A stretch of 64,000 nucleotides of DNA, taken from a virus (Duplodnaviria > Caudoviricetes). The DNA lies in the IMG/VR virus record IMGVR_UViG_3300042997_001039, positions 1 through 64,000 of that record. The stretch is one strand, 5' to 3'. Below are positions 10,175-20,245 of the stretch, in pieces. Each line of letters starts with the position of its first letter. The first letter of the stretch is position 1. Made by a program: the position numbers and the translations under genes. The notes beneath the pieces were generated by a model, which did no database searches, was not told where the DNA came from, and saw only the letters and a program-made list of their open reading frames with translations.

Positions 10175-12714
10175 TGGATATGTATCGTATTTTAGAAAAT
10201 TTTGATGCTGTCAACAGCAAGCAGACTCTCACCGAAGGCCGCATGAAAGATATGCTAACAGATCGTGCAGAAAGCATGAGCAAAGCAGACTTTGTTGCCG
10301 ATGCTGGTGAATACGGTATGAGTCCAGAAGAAGCTGTTGAGTTTTGGATCGCTGTCAATGGCGACGACGAAGAGCTCGACGAAGATCTGCAGGCTGATAG
10401 TGGCGAGTATTATGAAGATTCGGCAGATTTCTTTGGCATGTTTGAACAAGACCACTTTGACGAAGAAAAAGAAAGTGAAGATGGAATGGAAGTACACGGT
10501 TATATCGATGGTAAACTTGTAATGGCCTGGAGATTCAATGGTCCCGACAAGACAGATGGTTACGGTGCTTATGATGATAGCGAATTAATTGACGAAGAGC
10601 GTCGCAGTCCAGAGGAATTTGATGCTGACGCCTTGGCTAAACAAAAAGCTCGCCTGGCTCGTGAAAAACAAAAGATAATGATGCAACGCAAGATTTCTGG
10701 ACAAGACTCGGGCAAACCTCCAGTGGTGCAAGATATGTCTGAAGCTGGCATGGAAGAAAGTGCTTTACAGGCTTATCTGGGCAAGAAAAAATATGGCCCA
10801 GAAGGAATGAAAGCCCTACAACAAGCAGGCCGCGAAGGTGCCAGCAAAGAAAAAATGGCAAAAATTCGTGCCAGTCATGACAAAATGGACGAAGCTGACA
10901 TGGATGAAGGCAACAAATTTGCCCACAATGTGCTGAAGGCCAAGGCAGCTGGAATGAAAAAAGCTGACCTCGACGGCGACGGAGACATGGAAACTGTGCG
11001 TGAAGTATTCCCAGGCACAACTGAATACGAATTGCGTTTTGGTAAAGATGATGCAGCCAGTGCGTTCGACAAGAAGAAAATCTCCACAGGTACTGTATAC
11101 TCACGTCGCTACCGAGACGAGCCCGACACAGATGATGATGCACCTCGTGCAGCAGGTCGCCCCGCAGGTACTGGTCGCAAGTTGGGAGCCAAAGGTCCCA
11201 GCGTAGCCAGCAAATTGTTGAAAGGCAAAGGCGGATTGAAAGAAGCAGATATTGAAATTCAAGATCGCGGTGAATATGATCGCGAAGGCGACATGGCTCT
11301 AAATCAAGTGCATCAAATTGCCGATGCTGCTCGCGAACTGCATGCTATCTTGGCATCAGACGATAATCTGCCAGAATGGGTACAGAGCAAGATTACTAAA
11401 GCATTGGACTACATTGACACAGCCAGGGATTATCTGGATGCCGAAGGTGAAATGGATCGCGAACAAGCTGTCCCAGAAGCTGGATACTCAGCCAAAGCAG
11501 GTCGTGCTGGTAAAGACTTAGGCAAGCCCGGCAAGAACTTTGCCAAGATTGCCGCAGGTGCTGCCGAACGTTATGGTTCAAAAGCCGCTGGTGAACGTGT
11601 TGCTGGTGCAGTCCTAAACAAACTGCGAACCAAGGAAGAAGTTGAATCCGTGGAAGAAAAGGCTCCTCCTGGTGCCAAAGCAGAACGCATGGTCAAGCAC
11701 ATCAAGTCGGGCTATGCCAAAGACGGTGGGCTAACTGATCAAGAAAAAGCCATTGCTTATGCCACAGCATGGAAAGCCAAAAAAGCTGGTAAAGTCGAAG
11801 AAGAGTCTGCAGACAAAAAAGATGTACCATTTGATGGACCGTATCGTACGAAAGACGATGACAAAGATCAATACGGCAACAAGATCAAACATGCTGCTCG
11901 ACATGCTGCACGTCAAGGTCTTGCAGACATGACCACAGCAGAACTCAAGGCTGAACTCAAGCGTAGAAGTCAAGTGGAAGAAGAGTCTACCGATACCAAA
12001 GACCAACATGCTGAGAAGGCCGGTAAAAAAGTAACCAAAGACATTGAACACGACGAAGGTCACAAAGGCCGCGACGATGCCAAGGCTGAAAAAGCTGGCA
12101 AGCGAGTCGCTAAAGATATCGAGTACGATGACAAGAAAGACAAAGAAGAAAAAGTTGACGAAACAACTGTGTCGGGTTCAGTAGCTCCAGCAGCCGGCGG
12201 CGATGCTCCTAAAAAGGGCAAAGGTGGAATGCAGTTTGGGCAAGGCGTCTACGAAGGTCAAGTTGCTGAAAGCTTTGAAAAGCAACTAAACAATGTCTTG
12301 AACGAAGGCATGAGTGTAAACGTCAGCACAGACGACACAGGCAAAAAGAGTATCAACGTGACAGCTACAGACTCAGATGCAGACGCCTTGGGCGATATGT
12401 TGAAGATGGCCGGCTTGTTCTCAAGCGAAGGCTATAGTCAAGCATGTCATCATTGTGGTGGCATACACGAAGCTGGTGCTTGTGGAGCTGACATGGTTGA
12501 AGAAGACTTGGCCAACAGTCCAGACGAAGTTTATGCTGATGCTGACTACATGACACAAACACTGTCAGGCGGTCTAAACGGTCCTAAAACAACTGGACAA
12601 ACTACTATTCCAGTTATTAATAGACAAGACAGTCGACAAGGTGTAATGGCCGAAGCTGAACGTGTCAAAGAACAAGCAGAATCACGCTTGTGGAATTTGT
12701 ACCGGAAGATCTAA
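10174..12714 (+). CDS. Large charged, modular prohead core/internal protein
   Basis: 846 aa, rich in D/E/K, with many x-x-E|(A/G/E/D) junctions and a repeated AEKAGKxVxKDIExD. Confidence 0.65.
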   Translation: MDMYRILENFDAVNSKQTLTEGRMKDMLTDRAESMSKADFVADAGEYGMSPEEAVEFWIAVNGDDEELDEDLQADSGEYYEDSADFFGMFEQDHFDEEKESEDGMEVHGYIDGKLVMAWRFNGPDKTDGYGAYDDSELIDEERRSPEEFDADALAKQKARLAREKQKIMMQRKISGQDSGKPPVVQDMSEAGMEESALQAYLGKKKYGPEGMKALQQAGREGASKEKMAKIRASHDKMDEADMDEGNKFAHNVLKAKAAGMKKADLDGDGDMETVREVFPGTTEYELRFGKDDAASAFDKKKISTGTVYSRRYRDEPDTDDDAPRAAGRPAGTGRKLGAKGPSVASKLLKGKGGLKEADIEIQDRGEYDREGDMALNQVHQIADAARELHAILASDDNLPEWVQSKITKALDYIDTARDYLDAEGEMDREQAVPEAGYSAKAGRAGKDLGKPGKNFAKIAAGAAERYGSKAAGERVAGAVLNKLRTKEEVESVEEKAPPGAKAERMVKHIKSGYAKDGGLTDQEKAIAYATAWKAKKAGKVEEESADKKDVPFDGPYRTKDDDKDQYGNKIKHAARHAARQGLADMTTAELKAELKRRSQVEEESTDTKDQHAEKAGKKVTKDIEHDEGHKGRDDAKAEKAGKRVAKDIEYDDKKDKEEKVDETTVSGSVAPAAGGDAPKKGKGGMQFGQGVYEGQVAESFEKQLNNVLNEGMSVNVSTDDTGKKSINVTATDSDADALGDMLKMAGLFSSEGYSQACHHCGGIHEAGACGADMVEEDLANSPDEVYADADYMTQTLSGGLNGPKTTGQTTIPVINRQDSRQGVMAEAERVKEQAESRLWNLYRKI

Positions 12715-12718
12715 CACA

Positions 12719-13594
12719 ATGAAAAAGCTCACAGACTATATTACTGAATCTGAATCTCCTGTTGCAGGGGACACATTTGCTATCAATATTCGTGAAGAAT
12801 GCCTAATTGAATCGCACGTAGTTGATGTAGTCGAAGATGGCATTGTGATTGAAGGCGATGATCGTTTGCTTGAGTTGCTTGAAGAATACGGCTTTCAGTT
12901 GGAAACTATTCGTCGGTATGGTGCTGTAGGTTCCAGTCCAGGCATGGGTTATACTGTGGGAGAAGCTGAAGATGAAGCTGGAACAAACCCTACCAATACC
13001 AAGCATGAACACGGCCAAGGTTACAGTGATGCCAGTCGCGGCATCAACAAGAATCCCTATGCCCCCAACACCCCAGCTGGTAATGCTTATCAAGCAGGAC
13101 AAGCAGCTTACAAAAGACATTTCAGTGAAAGTCAAGAATTAGCTCTTATCCGCAGCCGTGCTGGGCTTACTGAAACTGCTCCTTATCAACCTGAAACAGA
13201 TCCCAATCACAATGATCCTTTGGCTGCCAAAGCAGCAGACGACGCTGCTGTTGGTCCCATGGAAGAAGATGGTGTTGATCCTGTAAATGCACAAGGACAA
13301 GATGCCGAAGACCTGCAGGGTCAAGCTACCAGCAGTGTTGCTGGTGCTGTTGACGAAGCAGAATATCAAGGACGTGAAGTCAAACTGGGTAAACCCATGT
13401 CGGGCGATGTAAAAAAATCTAAAGTGTATGTGCGTGGTCCCAAAGGCAACGTGGTCAAGGTCAATTTTGGTGACCCCAACATGCGTATCAAAAAATCAAA
13501 TCCTGCACGTAGGAAAAGTTTTAGAGCCAGACACAACTGCGACAATCCTGGCCCGCGATGGAAAGCTCGTTATTGGTCATGTCGGGCCTGGTAA
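12719..13594 (+). CDS. Probable internal head protein with a basic C-terminal module (AEYQGREVKLGKP...RYWSCRAW)
   Basis: Start revised to MKKLTDYITE|S at 12719. The C-terminal module is familiar from T4-like environmental phages. Confidence 0.65.
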   Translation: MKKLTDYITESESPVAGDTFAINIREECLIESHVVDVVEDGIVIEGDDRLLELLEEYGFQLETIRRYGAVGSSPGMGYTVGEAEDEAGTNPTNTKHEHGQGYSDASRGINKNPYAPNTPAGNAYQAGQAAYKRHFSESQELALIRSRAGLTETAPYQPETDPNHNDPLAAKAADDAAVGPMEEDGVDPVNAQGQDAEDLQGQATSSVAGAVDEAEYQGREVKLGKPMSGDVKKSKVYVRGPKGNVVKVNFGDPNMRIKKSNPARRKSFRARHNCDNPGPRWKARYWSCRAW

Positions 13595-13610
13595 TAAAAA
13601 GGAATCATAA

Positions 13611-13889
13611 ATGCCACAAGCAAACGTATATACATCAGTATCAGCACAAGCCTGGTTCACAGACAAATGTAAAATTGCCACAGGAAATACTGCTGTGACA
13701 TTCAACATAGATCTCGTTTATCCAACTGCCACTGGCAATTTGTACGGTAATTCAGTTTCTATCCCTGCCAACTACACACAAACAGTATTTGTGGGCGTGG
13801 GTAATAAACTTACTGTAGCCGGTTCTAACTTTACAGCACAAGAAATTGGTACAACCAGTTCTGGCAGTTACGCAGTACGCCAGGCGTAA
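13611..13889 (+). CDS. Small beta-rich virion protein
   Basis: 92 aa rich in T/A/G/N. SD AAGGA upstream. Confidence 0.6.
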   Translation: MPQANVYTSVSAQAWFTDKCKIATGNTAVTFNIDLVYPTATGNLYGNSVSIPANYTQTVFVGVGNKLTVAGSNFTAQEIGTTSSGSYAVRQA

Positions 13890-13897
13890 GGTCACTC

Positions 13898-14281
13898 ATG
13901 CGAGCCAAGGAATTTGTTCCTGCTAAGATTACTGAAACAGCAGATGCCAAGATTTCCCGCAGACTACAAGCAGCTACTCGCGGCTTGAACGTCTACAGCG
14001 ATGCTGAACGACGAAGCACTGATTATGTGTTGAATCGTTTGGGTCAAGCAGTGGCATCTACAGATGGTACTTTTGTACCTGATATTGATATGAAATCGTG
14101 GATAGGCAAGAACAAAAGTACTCACCCTTATACCAAAGAAGAACAAGAGATGTTGAAAATGGCATACAAGGCCATTGGTGCCGATTATACGGATCTTAAC
14201 GGTGGTGACATGGACAGTGAAGAAATGTCAGAAGTCAACCGAGTCAGTCCTGTTAAAGCATTCCGAGGGTATCCCAGATGA
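13898..14281 (+). CDS. Hypothetical head-associated protein (paralog A)
   Basis: Starts MRAKEF and ends SPVKAFRGYPR. Confidence 0.65.
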   Translation: MRAKEFVPAKITETADAKISRRLQAATRGLNVYSDAERRSTDYVLNRLGQAVASTDGTFVPDIDMKSWIGKNKSTHPYTKEEQEMLKMAYKAIGADYTDLNGGDMDSEEMSEVNRVSPVKAFRGYPR

Positions 14282-14682
14282 GAGCCAGAGAATTTGTTCG
14301 CGAACAACGAGAGTTACCGGACGAAAGCAAAGGACCCATGCGTTACACTTATGTGATCCCAGGCTTGAGTGCTTCTGACCCTTATGGAAACTATCGTATG
14401 GGTGTGGCAATGGCACGTGCCAGAAGCGATTATGCCACTGAACTCAGCAGCGAAAACAAAGGAATTGATCCTTACAGACCAGAATGGTCAGCTGAAACTG
14501 CTTTTGGTGAACATGCTGTTGTTGTAGGGAGTAGTCCGCACATTGCACAATTGATTGACCGTGCTTTGGCGATGACTGGAACACCTGGCGGCAAACGATT
14601 AGTCAGCAGTGCTGACAGCCAGGAGCCTGCATTTGTAGATACACAAAGTCCTGTCCGGGCCTTTAAGGGATACCCAAGGTAA
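14278..14682 (+). CDS. Hypothetical head-associated protein (paralog B)
   Basis: Starts MRAREF and ends SPVRAFKGYPR. Confidence 0.65.
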   Translation: MRAREFVREQRELPDESKGPMRYTYVIPGLSASDPYGNYRMGVAMARARSDYATELSSENKGIDPYRPEWSAETAFGEHAVVVGSSPHIAQLIDRALAMTGTPGGKRLVSSADSQEPAFVDTQSPVRAFKGYPR

Positions 14683-16166
14683 TGGCCCAGCCAGATCCAC
14701 AATCAGTTGCACCCTGGTACCTGCGTAACATTACGCAGGCTCTTGAACTCAACGAAGCCACAGGCCAAGTATTTGTCCGTACCGATGCTCAATTGACCAT
14801 TGGCAACGTTGGTAACGTCAACGTAACTGATGTTGAAATTTTGGCATTGGGCAATATCGACATCAGCGGCAACACCATGCCTGTGTCGGGTAATGTCACA
14901 GTTTACCAAGGAACTGATCCCTGGGTTGTCAATGGCAACGTCAATGCCACAATCACTGGTGGCAACGTCGCAACAACCATAGGTGGAACCAATCTTGATG
15001 CGTTTGGCCGACTTCGTGTTAGCGAACCTTATACTTTATTTGACAGCCAAAACATGTATGTGGACGGCGGTCAATTCAGCAACGTGACTGCTACTGGTGG
15101 CAACATTTCTTATGTGGCCAATGAAAGCAGTTTTAATTTATCAGTGACCACATCCAACGGATCCAGTGTAATCAATCAATCTCGTACCACTCAAGCTTAT
15201 CAACCTGGTAAGAGCCTATTGACAATGAATACTTTTGCCATGGCCACACTCACAGCCAATTGTCGACAGCGTGTGGGATACTTTACTGATAAAAATGGTG
15301 TGTATTTTGAAGCCGATGGCACCACACTTTATTTGGTGATTCGCAGTAGTGCGTCGGGAACTGTAGTTGAAGAAAAAATAGCACAAGCCAACTGGAATGC
15401 TGACACACTCAAAACAGGAGTGAGTCCCAATCCCTCAGGATATAATCTGGATCCTACTCTTGTACAAATTTTGTGGAGTGACATTGAATGGCTGGGTGTA
15501 GGAACAGTACGAGCTGGCTTTGTAATAAATGGCGAGTTTATTGTATGTCATAGATTTAATCATGCTAACCAAGCTGGCAACACCCGTGTTTATATGACCT
15601 CAGCTACGCTGAATCCCAGATATGAAATAACCAACACTGGATCTGTGGGATCAGCCTTGACCATGAAACAGATCTGTTCTACAGTGATCTCCGAGGGCGG
15701 ATACAATCCAATAACCACAATTAATTACGCATCAGGCGGCATACGACCTACCAGGATATCTACAGGCAATGTATATACCAACTTGGCTACTATTAGATTA
15801 AATCCTGCTTATCCAGATGCTGTTGTTGTGGCAAGCCAAGTAGATTTATTGCTGACTGATGTACAATATGGAGCGTTTCAGTTAGTTCTTAATGCCAGCA
15901 ATGTGGCCAACTTGACTTTTGCTAATGTTGGAACAGGAATTGTTCAGGCAAATACCACTGCCAGACAGATTGATGACGGAACTGTGGTCTACGCAGGCTT
16001 GACCAGCAGCAGAGATAGTTTGACAGTTGGCGAAGATCTTAAACGTCGACTGCAACTCAGTAGATCTGCCAACGGAACTCCGGATACTTTGACCTTGTGT
16101 GTGGGATATGGAAGCAATAATGCTGATGTAATTTGGAAATTTGGATGGGAAGAAGTTACCAACTAA
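14682..16166 (+). CDS. Virion structural protein (fibre/lectin-like beta sandwich)
   Basis: N/T/G-rich, with DAFGRLRVSEPYTLFDS and DIEWLGVG.VR.GF motifs. Confidence 0.65.
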   Translation: MAQPDPQSVAPWYLRNITQALELNEATGQVFVRTDAQLTIGNVGNVNVTDVEILALGNIDISGNTMPVSGNVTVYQGTDPWVVNGNVNATITGGNVATTIGGTNLDAFGRLRVSEPYTLFDSQNMYVDGGQFSNVTATGGNISYVANESSFNLSVTTSNGSSVINQSRTTQAYQPGKSLLTMNTFAMATLTANCRQRVGYFTDKNGVYFEADGTTLYLVIRSSASGTVVEEKIAQANWNADTLKTGVSPNPSGYNLDPTLVQILWSDIEWLGVGTVRAGFVINGEFIVCHRFNHANQAGNTRVYMTSATLNPRYEITNTGSVGSALTMKQICSTVISEGGYNPITTINYASGGIRPTRISTGNVYTNLATIRLNPAYPDAVVVASQVDLLLTDVQYGAFQLVLNASNVANLTFANVGTGIVQANTTARQIDDGTVVYAGLTSSRDSLTVGEDLKRRLQLSRSANGTPDTLTLCVGYGSNNADVIWKFGWEEVTN

Positions 16167-16204
16167 AATAACAAACCACATTGGCAATCAGTGTTAAATA
16201 CCAT

Positions 16205-17752
16205 ATGGCCTCAACTGAACCGGCATTAGTCAAGACCCCTTATTCCAAAGTCACATACACACAGCAACAGATTGACGAATTTGTTGCCTGTGCGGATCCT
16301 GTGACTGGGCCGCAGTACTTCTTGGACAACTTCTTTTACATACAGCACCCTACTCGTGGTCGAATGCTGTATCATCCATTTGAGTATCAGAAACGCTTGA
16401 TTGATGTTTATCACGGATATCGTTACAGCATAAGCATGATGCCCAGACAGACCGGTAAGTCAACCACAGCAGCTGGTTATCTGTTATGGTACGCCATGTT
16501 TATTCCAGATTCAACTATCCTGGTGGCAGCACACAAGTACACAGGTTCGCAGGAAATCATGCAGCGTATACGCTATGCATATGAATCAGTGCCGGATCAT
16601 ATCAGAGCAGGTGCCACAAACTACAACAAGGGCTCTATAGAATTTGATAATGGAAGTCGTATAGTTTCGGCCACCACAACTGAAAACACTGGTCGAGGTA
16701 TGAGTATTTCACTGCTATACGCAGACGAATTTGCGTTCGTGCGTCCCACCATTGCCACGGAATTCTGGACTTCCATCTCACCTACCTTGGCCACTGGCGG
16801 TAAAGCCATCATCACATCAACTCCCAACTCAGACGAAGATCAGTTTGCACTCTTGTGGAAAGGTGCCAACAAGTGCGAAGATGAATACGGCAACCCTACA
16901 CAAGTGGGGCAAAACGGATTTAAGGCATATCGCAGCTTCTGGAACGAACATCCTGACCGCGACGAAACTTGGGCACAACAGCAACGAGCAGCATTGGGCG
17001 TAGATCGTTTCAGACGAGAAATGGACTGCGAATTCCTTATAGCCGATGAAACGCTTATTGCTCCGGCCAAACTGATTGATCTGGAAGGTCGAGATCCCCT
17101 GTACAAAACTGGCGAAGTGCGTTGGTATAAGCGACCGCAAGCGGATCGTATATATGTTGTGGGACTTGATCCCAGCTTAGGCACCGGCGGTGATCCTGCT
17201 GCCATACAGGTATTTGAAGCAAATTCAACTGAACAGGTGGCCGAATGGCGTCACAACAGAACTGATATTCCCACACAGATCAGGATCATGGCCGACATTA
17301 TCCGTCACATCAATGATGTGGTCCGTGACCCCAAAAGCATCTACTACAGTGTAGAAAACAACAGTATAGGCGAAGCTGCTTTGATCAGCATACAAGAATA
17401 CGGCGAAGAAAACATACAGGGTTATTTTCTTAGCGAAAGCGGAAAAAATCGCAAAGGATTCAACACCAGTAATAAACCCAAATTGGCAGCCTGTGCCAAA
17501 TTCAAACACTTGGTAGAAAGCCGTAGAATGACAATTTCCAGTGCCAGCCTAATATCAGAAATGAAAAACTTTGTGGCCCACGGAGTAGGATATGCTGCAA
17601 AACCCGGCGAAACAGACGACTTAATCATGGCCACGCTGTTAGTTACACGCATGTTACAGGTTCTACAAAGTTATCACAGCGAACTTGATACACAAATGCG
17701 TGATCACCAAGACGAAATGATTGCACCTCTTCCGTTCGTTATGACTATGTAA
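16205..17752 (+). CDS. terL: Terminase large subunit (gp17-like)
   Basis: Walker A PRQTGKST, Walker B LLYADEFAF, motif ITSTPN, nuclease VGLDPS.G.G.D and DD..MA. Start revised to the ATG at 16205. Confidence 0.95.
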   Translation: MASTEPALVKTPYSKVTYTQQQIDEFVACADPVTGPQYFLDNFFYIQHPTRGRMLYHPFEYQKRLIDVYHGYRYSISMMPRQTGKSTTAAGYLLWYAMFIPDSTILVAAHKYTGSQEIMQRIRYAYESVPDHIRAGATNYNKGSIEFDNGSRIVSATTTENTGRGMSISLLYADEFAFVRPTIATEFWTSISPTLATGGKAIITSTPNSDEDQFALLWKGANKCEDEYGNPTQVGQNGFKAYRSFWNEHPDRDETWAQQQRAALGVDRFRREMDCEFLIADETLIAPAKLIDLEGRDPLYKTGEVRWYKRPQADRIYVVGLDPSLGTGGDPAAIQVFEANSTEQVAEWRHNRTDIPTQIRIMADIIRHINDVVRDPKSIYYSVENNSIGEAALISIQEYGEENIQGYFLSESGKNRKGFNTSNKPKLAACAKFKHLVESRRMTISSASLISEMKNFVAHGVGYAAKPGETDDLIMATLLVTRMLQVLQSYHSELDTQMRDHQDEMIAPLPFVMTM

Positions 17753-17764
17753 TATAAATACAAC

Positions 17765-19150
17765 ATGGAAAACTCAGCACAAACCCAATTGTACAATTTA
17801 TTAGTAACCAGAGATTTTGAGCCTGAAATGAAAGATGCTCAGGGCAAAGACGTCAACGACCCTGCTGAAGCAGATATGTTTACTTTTGACTGGAAAACAG
17901 AAAACAAAAACTACGGAACAGTGGTTTTATTGGTGGGTCAAGACAAAAATTTAACTGTGTTTTTTGGCGACAACGTGGGTCGCAGTATGGAAGGTGAAGA
18001 TAAATCAGCATGGTACTCTTTCTTGAACCAGATCAAGCAGTTCTCCACACGTAATCTATTAAACTTTGAATTACAAAACATAAACAAATTGAAATATACC
18101 ATGCAAGGTATGGCTGCTATCAAGGAAGGCCTATTTGAAGGTTACTACGGTAACAAAAAATACAGCTACAGCGATCAACCAAAGCAGGTTAAATTGGTAA
18201 TCAAGCATGATCGTCCCCTGGGCGAGAGCGACAAGCGTTATCGTAACATTGACAGCATCTTTGTTGAAACCGGTGATGGTGAACGTTTCAAAGTGCCTAC
18301 TCGCAGTCTTGCACACGGCAAGATGTTGGCTCGCCATGTCAGCGAAGGTGGAAATCCTTATGATGCATTTGGCCAGCACATCGGTGAAGTGGTTTCCGAA
18401 ATGAATATTCTACGCAAATTTGTTCGTGCTGCTCGCGGTCGTCAATTCGGTGGTGCCGCTGGAGAAATGTCGGAAGCTGCTGTTTTGCACTATAACGAAC
18501 TCAAAGACAAAGCCAAACGCATGATTAGCCAACGTGGGTATCATCGCGAATTAGAAAGCTATGATCCTGCTGCTGCCACTGATGCAGGACAAATGGCAGA
18601 AACCATACGTGAAATGTTCATTGAACAGTCGTTAGACAGCCGTATCGAAGAAGCCTTACCAATCTTGGCCAGATTAACAGGAAAACAAAATCAAATGAAA
18701 GAAGCTGACCAATTTGAATCTTGGGCCAACACAGTAACCGAAGGTACTTGGGCCACTCCTGATACTCCTGAAGCCGAAAATGATCTCAAACTATTATTAA
18801 GTAAACCTTTTGCAGTTGGTCCCAATGCCACTTATGCAACTGAAAAGTTGTACGATTTATTAGGCGACGACCAATTGTTTGACCAACTAGCAGAACTGGC
18901 AGAGCAAGATCCCGATGCTGATGCCAGACCACTTATACAAGCTCGCTTGGAAGAATTAGATATTGATATTGCTATGCCTGCTGCCGAAGTGCTGCCGCCT
19001 GCTGAGCCAGCTGCTGCCCAAACTCCTCCACCAGAAGATCCTGTGCAGGCCGAAAATCTTGACACAGATGGTGTTATGATGACCAAGCCCAGCAACATGA
19101 GCAGTGAGAGTGTAGAAAGAATTCTCAAGTTGGCACAACTGATCAAATAA
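17765..19150 (+). CDS. Conserved virion/prohead-associated hypothetical protein
   Basis: 461 aa, TATAAATA 4 nt upstream, KEGLFEG-type junctions and an acidic Pro/Ala tail. Confidence 0.6.
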   Translation: MENSAQTQLYNLLVTRDFEPEMKDAQGKDVNDPAEADMFTFDWKTENKNYGTVVLLVGQDKNLTVFFGDNVGRSMEGEDKSAWYSFLNQIKQFSTRNLLNFELQNINKLKYTMQGMAAIKEGLFEGYYGNKKYSYSDQPKQVKLVIKHDRPLGESDKRYRNIDSIFVETGDGERFKVPTRSLAHGKMLARHVSEGGNPYDAFGQHIGEVVSEMNILRKFVRAARGRQFGGAAGEMSEAAVLHYNELKDKAKRMISQRGYHRELESYDPAAATDAGQMAETIREMFIEQSLDSRIEEALPILARLTGKQNQMKEADQFESWANTVTEGTWATPDTPEAENDLKLLLSKPFAVGPNATYATEKLYDLLGDDQLFDQLAELAEQDPDADARPLIQARLEELDIDIAMPAAEVLPPAEPAAAQTPPPEDPVQAENLDTDGVMMTKPSNMSSESVERILKLAQLIK

Positions 19151-19165
19151 ATTTGCCTTTTAGTG

Positions 19166-19194
19166 TTGCGATAATAAATACTTTCACGTATACT
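19166..19194 (+). promoter_or_regulatory. Sigma70 promoter TTGCGA-17-TATACT with a nested late TAAATA (19175-19180) for the ssb gene
   Basis: Direct motif reading. Confidence 0.55.
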
Positions 19195-19250
19195 CAGTGT
19201 TAGTATACGTTTGTATATTATTGTAAATCAACTTTAAAAGGCAACTTATC

Positions 19251-20243
19251 ATGGCATCATTAGCAGAAATCAGAGCAAGACTCCAGGCAGCAGAATCAAA
19301 CAAAGGTGGTCAATCATCCGGTGGCGGCGATAACGCAATTTATCCACACTGGAACATGGAAGAAGGTAGTTCAGCATTGTTGCGTTTCCTTCCAGACGCA
19401 AATAACAAAAACACATTTTTCTGGGTAGAACGAGCAATGATTCGTTTACCATTCAACGGAATCAAAGGTGAGATGGACACCAAACAAGTACAAGTACAAG
19501 TACCATGCGTAGAAATGTGGGGCGAGTCGTGCCCAATTCTGGCAGAAGTTCGTACTTGGTTCAAGGACAAGAGCCTTGAAGAAATGGGTCGCAAGTATTG
19601 GAAAAAGCGTAGCTATGTGTTCCAGGGCTTTGTACGTGAGAATCCAATCTCCGAAGACAAGACTCCAGAAAATCCAATCCGTAGATTTATCATTGGTCCA
19701 CAAATCTTTGCAACTATTAAGTCTGCATTGATGGATCCAGAACTTGAGGAATTGCCAACAGACATGTTGCGTGGTTTGGATTTCCGTATTGCTAAAACCA
19801 GCAAAGGCGGATATGCTGACTACAATACTTCGAAGTGGTCACGTAAAGAATCAGCCTTAACTGAAGCAGAACAAGCTGCTGTTGATAAACACGGTTTGTT
19901 TGATCTTTCTACATTCTTGCCCAAAAAGCCAACAGATATTGAGCTTAAGGTCATGAAGGAAATGTTCGAAGCATCAGTTGATGGTCAACCATATGACACA
20001 GAGCGTTGGGGTCAATACTTCCGTCCAGCAGGTGTTCAAGCACCTGCTGGCAACGGCGCACCTGCTGCTAATTCTACTCCTGCAGCACCAGCAGCAGTTC
20101 GATCGACGCCTACACCAGTGGATGATGTTCCATTTGACGCAGATGAACCAGCACCAGTGACAGTTCCGGTGGCAACTGAGAACAAGCCAGCAGCCAAAGC
20201 CGAGGACATTTTGGCAATGATCCGTGCACGTCAAGCCAAGTAG
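19251..20243 (+). CDS. gp32: Single-stranded DNA-binding protein (gp32-like)
   Basis: LRFLPD, CP.....R..FKD...EEMGRKYWKK, LDF.I.KT..GGYADY..SK and an acidic Ala/Pro tail. Confidence 0.92.
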   Translation: MASLAEIRARLQAAESNKGGQSSGGGDNAIYPHWNMEEGSSALLRFLPDANNKNTFFWVERAMIRLPFNGIKGEMDTKQVQVQVPCVEMWGESCPILAEVRTWFKDKSLEEMGRKYWKKRSYVFQGFVRENPISEDKTPENPIRRFIIGPQIFATIKSALMDPELEELPTDMLRGLDFRIAKTSKGGYADYNTSKWSRKESALTEAEQAAVDKHGLFDLSTFLPKKPTDIELKVMKEMFEASVDGQPYDTERWGQYFRPAGVQAPAGNGAPAANSTPAAPAAVRSTPTPVDDVPFDADEPAPVTVPVATENKPAAKAEDILAMIRARQAK

Positions 20244-20245
20244 CA

